Shown here: positions 1 through 5,881 of the stretch, one piece after another | How positions within the stretch are numbered: the first letter of the stretch is position 1 | How the letters are laid out: every line of letters begins with the position of its first letter | Assembly: GCA_001179505.1 (NCBI GenBank) | Contig: CDMY01001010.1 | Span: forward strand, 1-6,284 | Source of the DNA: Vitrella brassicaformis CCMP3155 | Lineage: Eukaryota; Protista; Chromerida | Length of the DNA stretch: 6,284 nt | Direction of reading: 5' to 3' | The notes under the pieces: model-generated | Seen by the model: only the letters and a program-made list of their open reading frames with translations | What the model was told of the DNA's origin: nothing | The model's database searches: none | Made by a program: the position numbers and the translations under genes

Positions 1-239
1 AGCAGATCCTCTATTGAGCTAACTACAGGAAAGGTCCTCACCGGCCTTTTCGCACAGCGAACTCATCGCGTGGCTGGTCGATGGGCCATTGCAACTCAGG
101 AAAGGGCTTTGGACTGATACACTGCACAGTCCACTGTGAGCTCTGCATTAGCTCCAGCCAGTGAACGGATAATGTTCCGTGAAACATTGGCGCTCCGGCG
201 CTTCCAGAATTCAGCAAGAGCCTGTTCAGCCTTTGACAG

Positions 240-428
240 TCTTTCTGTGGCAGAAAGCTGTCTTTCTGTACGAAAAGCTGTCTTTTTGTACAGAAAGCTG
301 GCTTTTTGATGGGCCATCTGGCTTTCTGCAATGGAAAGCTGTCTTTTTGAATGGCGAAGCAGCTTTCTGCAGCGGCAGATGGCTTTTTGCAGCGGAAGCC
401 ATCTTCTGGGCAGATCGCCAGCTTTTTA
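240..428. repeat. Degenerate tandem array, about 10 units of 19-21 bp, built from alternating CAGAAAG / CTTTCTG inverted motifs
   Basis: The core (t/g)CTTT(c/t)TG recurs at 240, 261, 281, 301, 321, 342, 362, 382, 402 and 421, with spacing 21,20,20,20,21,20,20,20,19. CAGAAAG (251-257) is the reverse complement of CTTTCTG (241-247, 262-268). The period is mostly not a multiple of 3, so the array is probably non-coding. Confidence 0.85.
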
Positions 429-664
429 GCTCGCAACCCAACTTTTCCGGACCTTGCCTTGTCGTGTTATAAAAGAGTTGATGAGCAGTGTCACACGTTT
501 GGTGGCCATTCTTGAAAACCTGGGGAAGCCGAATGAAGAGGTGCTTGCTCGAGAACGACGATGCTGGCCGAGAAACCAACAATCGGCTACACTTGTGTGT
601 GGCTGAAGAGAGGGCGCAGACGTCGACAGCGAAAGGGATGTGATGATGCGGAGGACGCAATGTC

Positions 665-694
665 GCCCCCTCCCCCTTGATTGGGGGAGGGGGC
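665..694. other. Perfect 12-bp stem hairpin with 6-nt loop
   Basis: GCCCCCTCCCCC (665-676), loop TTGATT, then GGGGGAGGGGGC (683-694), which is the exact reverse complement. Confidence 0.9.
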
Positions 695-1160
695 TGCAGA
701 AGATCAGCTTCCATGAGCCACAAGTCGCAGGCAGAAAGGAGAGCGCCGACCACAGACTCACACCAGGTGGAATGAAATTGGCATCTGATGGCTGTCACAG
801 AGGATGCCGGCACACAAATCTACTTGTCTTAGCGCTCCTGTGTTTATCTGGCAGGTTTGTTGATGTTTCGTTTGGCCGCATTGCCGCCTTCTCTACTGCA
901 CGGTGAGCTGATGGCCGTCACGCAGGATTCCAACCTATACACATATGCTCCCACATGTGTGCTCCGGTATGCGGGTCTCCCCGCATTCATGTGTGTGCGC
1001 CATTGATCCGTGCATCCATAGCATCTGAGCACAAAGCTTTTGTCGTGCCCATGCTTGTGTGTGTCCTTGCGTGTTTTATTGTCAATTGATATGTCGACTA
1101 ATGGGAATGCAGTGAGTGTCTATACAGCGTGCAGGGCATGTTGAGCGGGTCAGCTAAATA

Positions 1161-1185
1161 CAGTAAGTATCGCATAAAGCAATCA
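1161..1185 (+). repeat. Left terminal inverted repeat (25 bp)
   Basis: CAGTAAGTATCGCATAAAGCAATCA is the reverse complement of 3351-3375 with one mismatch. Confidence 0.9.
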
Positions 1186-1194
1186 GTACTGGGG

Positions 1195-1248
1195 TGATTG
1201 CTTTATGGATTTGATGGGTTTATGCGAACAAGGCAATGATTGCTTTAT
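1195..1248 (+). repeat. Left subterminal copies of the TIR inner motif TGATTGCTTTAT(GCG)
   Basis: TGATTGCTTTAT occurs at 1195-1206 and 1237-1248 (exact) and TGATGGGTTTATGCG at 1212-1226 (2 mismatches). These are likely transposase-binding sites (inference). Confidence 0.8.
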
Positions 1249-1604
1249 CTGCTGCTTGTTTTCTGCGGGGTTCCTCGCCGTGAATGACTCACCAGAGCCA
1301 CCCTCCATCACATTGACTCTTTTTTCCCCGCTCAAACGACTCTGAAACGACGAAAAACGATGGATGCCATGGATTTACGGAAAAGGTTGCCGATCGCTCG
1401 TGAAGGGTGATTTCTGGAGCCTTTTAGTCACTTTTGAGGATGTCAGCGGCAGATGGTGGCCTCCCTGTGAGGCAAACTAGCGCCGATCTCACCAAAAAAT
1501 GTAGATGTATGGATGGACAGAGTCATGCACCAACGATGCAGAGCCATGAACGACAGATCTGCCTAGATGAGGTACGGCAGCACGACTCACTCACTCAAAC
1601 TCAG

Positions 1605-1835
1605 TCACGGGCACTGTTGTGCTTCTGTTCTGATTCCTTTCTTCAGTCGTCCGAGTGCTTTCTGAAGCCGTAACGAACACTCGACGACCGCCATCCCCCT
1701 CATGGCGGCCTGTGCATCACCATCAACAACTGGAAGGAGCAGCATGCATGAGCAACGTGGCGTGTGGTGGTATCTGTTGCTCGTGCTGCTCCCACCTACC
1801 TTTATCAACAGCGACATTGGTGTCGGCCTCCTCGT
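1605..1835 (-). CDS. Tentative 3' exons (1835-1800 and 1709-1605) of the transposon-borne gene
   Basis: Read on the minus strand: donor AAG|GTACCT at 1933 (alternative GTGAGT at 1872), a GT-repeat intron, acceptor AAG| at 1836, a 36-nt exon, donor AAG|GTAGGT at 1799, acceptor CAG| at 1710, then 105 nt to TGA at 1607-1605. All junctions are phase 0 and give TRRPTPMSLLIK-AAMRGM...QQCP*. Other splice choices are possible. Confidence 0.35.
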   Translation of the reverse strand, partial: TRRPTPMSLLIKVGGSSTSNRYHHTPRCSCMLLLPVVDGDAQAAMRGMAVVECSLRLQKALGRLKKGIRTEAQQCP

Positions 1836-1838
1836 CTT

Positions 1839-1864
1839 CACACACACACACCACACACACACAC
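1839..1864. repeat. Imperfect (CA)n/(TG)n microsatellite
   Basis: CACACACACACACCACACACACACAC lies in the predicted minus-strand intron. Confidence 0.9.
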
Positions 1865-1933
1865 CCCACTCACAGAGAGAAAGCGACAGTGAGAGATGCA
1901 TGTTCTATCCCATTTCTGCCTGCCTGTAGGTAC

Positions 1934-2539
1934 CTTTTGCTTGTGTTCGGCCCGCAGCTTCTTCTTTGCTTCCTTCTTCTCAGCCGCATCGGCACGCGCC
2001 TTCTGCTTGGCTGCTGCCTGCTCGGCCTCGTGTGCGATCGCGGACACCTCGGCCTCCTTGGCCTGGTCTGCGTATTGCTGGAAGGCGGGGGGCGAGGGAG
2101 CATGTCCATTGCCGTCGCCGTCCTGCTCCTCGCCCTCGGCCTCACCGTCACCATCACCCTCACAATCACCCTCGGCCTCCCACTCCTCATCGTCATCACG
2201 CTTCTTGCGCCGCTGCTGCCCGCCGCCGACCTTGGTCTTGGCTTTGCTGTTGGCGGCCTTGGTTTTCGCCTTTCCCTTCGCTTTGCCCTTCGCCTTGCCC
2301 TTCGCCTTGCCCTTGGCCTTGCCCTTCGGTCGTCCCTTGGGTTTGCTCTTGGGCTGCAGCGATGGCTGGTGTGCCGCTGCTGCCATGGCGGCTGCATCAT
2401 CGTCATCTGAGCCGTCAGCTCCGTCGGCGTCCCGCTTCCTTTTTGACGGCTTGCGATTGCGTTCATGTCGCTCGACCAGCTCGGGTTGCCGATCTTGGTA
2501 CGGTTGGCGCACCATTGGGCGCTGCGATGTGGCGGGCGG
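1934..2539 (-). CDS. Internal exon (202 codons) of an unknown charged low-complexity protein: NLS-like RKPSKRKR, AT-hook-like PKGRPK, (KGKA)x5, acidic E/D/G tract, Ala/Glu/Lys helical segment
   Basis: The minus-strand frame is open and bounded by a CAG| acceptor (2541-2540) and an AAG|GT donor (1933). Its composition is protein-like. All three nucleotide differences among the five 12-bp KGKA repeat units are synonymous in this frame. The 5' part is lost in the N gap, and no family is recognised. Confidence 0.7.
2267..2326 (-). repeat. Coding 12-bp tandem repeat x5 encoding KGKA
   Basis: The minus-strand units are AAGGGCAAGGCC, AAGGGCAAGGCG x2, AAGGGCAAAGCG and AAGGGAAAGGCG. Confidence 0.9.
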
Positions 2540-2544
2540 CTGGG

Positions 2545-2843
2545 NNNNNNNNNNNNNNNNNNNNNNNNNNNNNNNNNNNNNNNNNNNNNNNNNNNNNNNN
2601 NNNNNNNNNNNNNNNNNNNNNNNNNNNNNNNNNNNNNNNNNNNNNNNNNNNNNNNNNNNNNNNNNNNNNNNNNNNNNNNNNNNNNNNNNNNNNNNNNNNN
2701 NNNNNNNNNNNNNNNNNNNNNNNNNNNNNNNNNNNNNNNNNNNNNNNNNNNNNNNNNNNNNNNNNNNNNNNNNNNNNNNNNNNNNNNNNNNNNNNNNNNN
2801 NNNNNNNNNNNNNNNNNNNNNNNNNNNNNNNNNNNNNNNNNNN
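2545..2843. other. Assembly gap (299 N)
   Basis: A run of N; the true length is unknown. Confidence 0.99.
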
Positions 2844-2851
2844 NGGGGGGT

Positions 2852-2881
<30 letters not shown>
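2844..2881. repeat. Poly-G tract abutting the gap
   Basis: G7-T-G30. It is the likely cause of the assembly break, and its length may be unreliable. Confidence 0.9.
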
Positions 2882-2882
<1 letters not shown>

Positions 2883-3265
2883 TGGGTGAGTCTCGTGTGG
2901 GGAGAAGGCGTGCTGCTCACTCTTTGTCGCTCAAACGTGTGCTGGGCTGGGTAGATGTCATCGGATGCATTGAATGACTCATTTGACTCGGTTGATCGTC
3001 ACAGCGGTGCCGTCATTGCTGCGCGAGCGACAGAATGCTCTTCCGTTTACATTGTGAGTCAAGCTCGCGAAGCAAACCCGTCTCTCTCGGAAATCACCGT
3101 CGAAAATGGTTCATCTCAGAGGATGACCATCAAAATGTCTGTATTTCTCCGTTCATTGACTGTTTCATCGGTCCGCTCTTTCACAGAGGGGTGCTTCATT
3201 TTCTTGCGGTCATTTTGAGCCACGTGTGGTCGGCTCGAATGGCTGATTTGAGTCTCCTTGGGAGG

Positions 3266-3349
3266 TGATTGGTTTATGCGGTTGATTTTCACTGTGTACA
3301 GAGTGATCGGGGCGGGCTGGTTGCTTTACAGAAATGATTGGTTTATACG
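3266..3349 (+). repeat. Right subterminal copies of the TIR inner motif
   Basis: TGATTGGTTTATGCG (3266-3280), TGGTTGCTTTAC (3318-3329) and TGATTGGTTTATACG (3335-3349). Confidence 0.75.
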
Positions 3350-3350
3350 G

Positions 3351-3375
3351 TGATTGCTTTAAGCGATACTTACTG
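3351..3375 (-). repeat. Right terminal inverted repeat (25 bp)
   Basis: TGATTGCTTTAAGCGATACTTACTG followed by TA. Confidence 0.9.
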
Positions 3376-4556
3376 TATGGATCAGAAGGATAGAAGTGCG
3401 AGAGATGCTTGAGTACTGCTAAAGGCCTGTTGGAGCCTGTCCGCCGTTCGTTGCCCTTTGCTTTTGTCGCACCACTAGCGGTGGGATACCTACCGGTGGT
3501 GTAGCATTCATATATATTGTGTCTTTCTCGGCCGTCCCTCCCTCTATCCCAGTCTGTCTCCCTTCATGCTTCTCTTCACGCCTCCCTTCCAATCGCCTTT
3601 TCCTACCTGCCACGCCCTGTGCCTGCCTTTTTTTACTCTGGTGTCGCGCACGTCCCAAGTGGCAGGTCTTTTCTGCAGATCACGGTCGAAGACATTGTTA
3701 CGCTTAAGACGCCCTACGTCTGGTTATGATGGGGGGAGGGGAAAGATTGAGGCAAACAGAAGTTGCCGTGTGTGAAAAAACCCGCGAAAGCATGAGAAAC
3801 CCCGTACGTTTCTCCTCGATCCCTCGGGTTTTTAGGGTTCTACCACTGTTTCCAGCTCGCGAAACATCCCCGGGTTGTATTATTCAGTAAGCCCCCCCCC
3901 CGAGGGCGCCAGCCTGAGCCAACTACTCGAGGCAACTACTCTTCTGTTGGGGTCCCCGTTTCTGCGCGTCGGGCGCACCTCGTCGTCGGCACTACGTACG
4001 ACGACCCTGTGGTGAGGGGACTAGGGGAGTGCTCTAGGCGTTTAAGTATCTACATGAACGGGCGACGATGTTCGTCTAAGTATCAGTCGTATCAAGCAAA
4101 AAAAAAGGGAACAATACATGCAAAGAACAATGGACAACGCTCGTTGACGCGAAAACATGTCGCACACTGCAAAAGTGCTCATGGCGGACAAAACTCCTTG
4201 GGCTGGACGAGCTTTGTCCGCCCGTCCGATCGGCCCTTCCGGGGCTGTGCAATTAAAGAGAGCTCGGCAGTTAGTCCTCTTCTTCAGCCGTCCAGCAGTC
4301 AGTCATCTTCTTCTTCAGCCGTCAGGGACTGCTCCTTTTCTCTCTCTCCTCCTTCCTCGTCTTCGCACGCTCGCCCTTGCGTCACCGATCTCCTCACCAC
4401 CACGCCGACATCCACAGGTACTCATTCTCGTGGACACACCTCACTCCCCGGCTCATATAATCTGGTCATCTGTTCCTATCCCTGTGACTCTGTGTCTATC
4501 AGGCAATCATTTGGTCCCTGAGCAACGGGGCTGCCTCGACAAGGACAGCCGCTTGC

Positions 4557-4578
4557 AGCCGACTCGGCCGAGTCGGCT
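4557..4578. repeat. Perfect 22-bp palindrome
   Basis: AGCCGACTCGG|CCGAGTCGGCT, with no loop and no mismatch. Confidence 0.95.
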
Positions 4579-4761
4579 ACCAAGCACTCATCAATTGCCA
4601 TAGGAGCACGACAACAATGCTTTGGCCGTAAAGAGGACAAAGCAACATACTCACTTCTCAGCAGTCATGTGCCTGTGCATGAGTGTGTTCCTTGGCAGAC
4701 AGTCACCCAGAACTGCCCGACAACGACGGCCGCTAGGGTCGCCAGGGCGAATCGACATCAG

Positions 4762-4827
4762 GTGAGGTACCACGTGCATACACACGCCACACACACACAC
4801 ACACGCCTCTCTCGTCTGTGTCTGCAG
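4762..4827 (+). other. Intron-like segment (66 nt) containing a (CA)n microsatellite
   Basis: Donor CAG|GTGAGG, (CA)n at about 4788-4804, a pyrimidine-rich tail and acceptor TCTGCAG|. Confidence 0.4.
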
Positions 4828-4956
4828 AGTTCGGCGACGCTATCGACACAAACGACAAGGACGCCGTCCAACGATGGGCTGCTGTCTTCAAGGCTCTGGG
4901 CAAGCTCCTGAAGAGCGTGGACCCATCGGCACACTCTTCTCATCGGTAATTTTTCG

Positions 4957-5440
4957 TTGAGAGAAGCTGACCTGCCCATGTTTTCTGATTTACGCCCGTT
5001 GTCGGTCCTCCTCACGAACCGCCCTGCATGGTTCATGATTCGTGTATTTCACCCGCACTGCCGTCCCTTCATCATTTGTGCTGTGCGTCTTGTTCTCACT
5101 TGTGCGTCATTCTCTGTCTCTTCGTGTTCGTACCTATCTCATGACACATCCACATACACACACACAGCTACAAAAGGGAGAAGGACATGCAGCGATGCTG
5201 AGTGAGCACATGTGTTCTTTTACTCATCGCATGGATGGTGTGATCGACGTGTTTGTTGGACACACCTGCGTTCTCCGTCAATACACCTCAATCACTTGGG
5301 GGGTCGTGCACCGCGATCCGCTTGCCTGGGCGCCTTACTTGTTTACTTGCTCCATATCTTCCATATCTTCCATATCTTCCATAGCTTGCAATGAGCTTGC
5401 GATGAATTCTTTCCGTGCCTTTCATCATTGACCTTGTGTG
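4957..5440 (+). pseudogene. Decayed reverse transcriptase domain (non-LTR type)
   Basis: Colinear motif-like peptides across frames, aligned by eye to remembered CRE/LINE consensus: SDLRPLSV (RPI motif), IICAVRLVL (cf. IVHAVR), HAAML...FTHRMDG (cf. R..ML...F...YG), GVVHRDPLAWAPYLF (cf. GVxQGDPLSPxLF, 5300-5344) and a frameshifted AF-IIDL (cf. Y/FxDD, about 5417-5435). The catalytic residues are not intact. Confidence 0.6.
5351..5383. repeat. 9-bp tandem repeat (TCCATATCT)x3 plus partial unit
   Basis: TCCATATCT TCCATATCT TCCATATCT TCCATA. Confidence 0.95.
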
Positions 5441-5881
5441 TTCTCTGAGTAATCCCATCCTTTCCATCCATCTGACGGCTCCTCCCCTCCTCCTATTGAG
5501 AGCTTCGGGCGCCGAGGCAGCAGGCTGCTCCCCCCTTCCTCTCCTGTCCGGTTTGGCGCTGCGGCAGGAGGTAAGACGCGGTCGCTTCTGGAGGCGTGTC
5601 TTGCCTGCCGCGAGGTACCCCAAGGAAGGCCTCTTCTTGCTGTGTTGCGTCAGATTTCCTGACAGGTGGAGTGTGTGTGGTGCTGTCGTCATCCTAACGA
5701 CTTTGTGGTCCTGCGAAACGTCGTCCTGACCGAGATCTGCTTGGTTTCGAATCCTCTCAAGGACCTGAGCGTCCCTTCGGCCGTGTCTCACCCCGTTCAA
5801 GTGAAGTTCGCCCTCTTTGACGCTCTGGTCTGCTTTTTCTATCCTCTCCTCTCTCCTCTCTACTCTCCCCTTTCATTTTGA

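Larger units (their letters stand above)
1161..3375. mobile_element. TIR DNA transposon, Tc1/mariner/pogo (IS630-Tc1-mariner)-like, apparently non-autonomous and carrying a gene
   Basis: The left end TA|CAGTAAGTATCGCATAAAGCAATCA (1161-1185) and right end TGATTGCTTTAAGCGATACTTACTG|TA (3351-3375) are inverted repeats with 24/25 identity. TA flanks both ends (1159-1160, 3376-3377). A 5'-CAGT terminus with a TA TSD is typical of Tc1/pogo. No DDE/D transposase motif is visible in the sequenced part, and the length includes 299 N. Confidence 0.85.

Noticed and set aside
240-428. CRISPR array
   Set aside because: The period is only about 20 bp, the intervening segments are related to each other rather than unique 25-45-bp spacers, there are no cas genes, and the context is eukaryotic.
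38-472. ORFs 38-436 (-), 96-317 (-) and 179-472 (+) as genes
   Set aside because: They run through a repeat whose period is mostly not divisible by 3, and the translations have no recognisable features.
665-710. Helitron 3' terminus
   Set aside because: No CTRR lies at the expected distance from the hairpin on either strand, and no Rep/helicase remnant is visible.
370-1456. Shared 13-mer CAGCGGCAGATGG at 370-382 and 1444-1456
   Set aside because: One exact 13-mer match is plausible by chance in 6 kb, and it does not extend.
1655-2954. Plus-strand ORFs 1655-2410, 1896-2954, 1966-2889 and minus ORF 1870-2466
   Set aside because: These are antisense or alternate-frame shadows of the GC-rich minus-strand exon, and several stay open only by reading through Ns. 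Repeat variation is fully synonymous in the KGKA frame.
2955-3268. ORFs 2955-3218 and 3035-3268 (+) as a transposase
   Set aside because: They are short and lack HTH or DDE/D motifs. All three minus-strand frames here contain several stops.
3825-3845. Interstitial telomeric array
   Set aside because: There is only one TTTAGGG unit plus partial neighbours, which is too short to call.
3770-4030. Canonical HDV-like or hammerhead ribozyme
   Set aside because: I could not assemble the P1/P2/P3/P1.1 nested pseudoknot or a CUGANGA...GAAA core by eye.
3885-4085. Short TIR-like words (CAGTAAG at about 3885, TAAGTATC at about 4043 and 4077) as extra transposon ends
   Set aside because: They are only 7-8 bp long, do not extend into the rest of the TIR, and are expected by chance.
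5286-5320. Protein kinase catalytic loop (HLNHLG-VVHRD with a +1 shift in the G run)
   Set aside because: HRD is followed by PLAWAPYLF rather than LKPxN, and no DFG or APE motif follows. The RT motif GVxQGDPLxPxLF explains more residues and fits the neighbouring motifs. The kinase reading is not fully excluded without a search.
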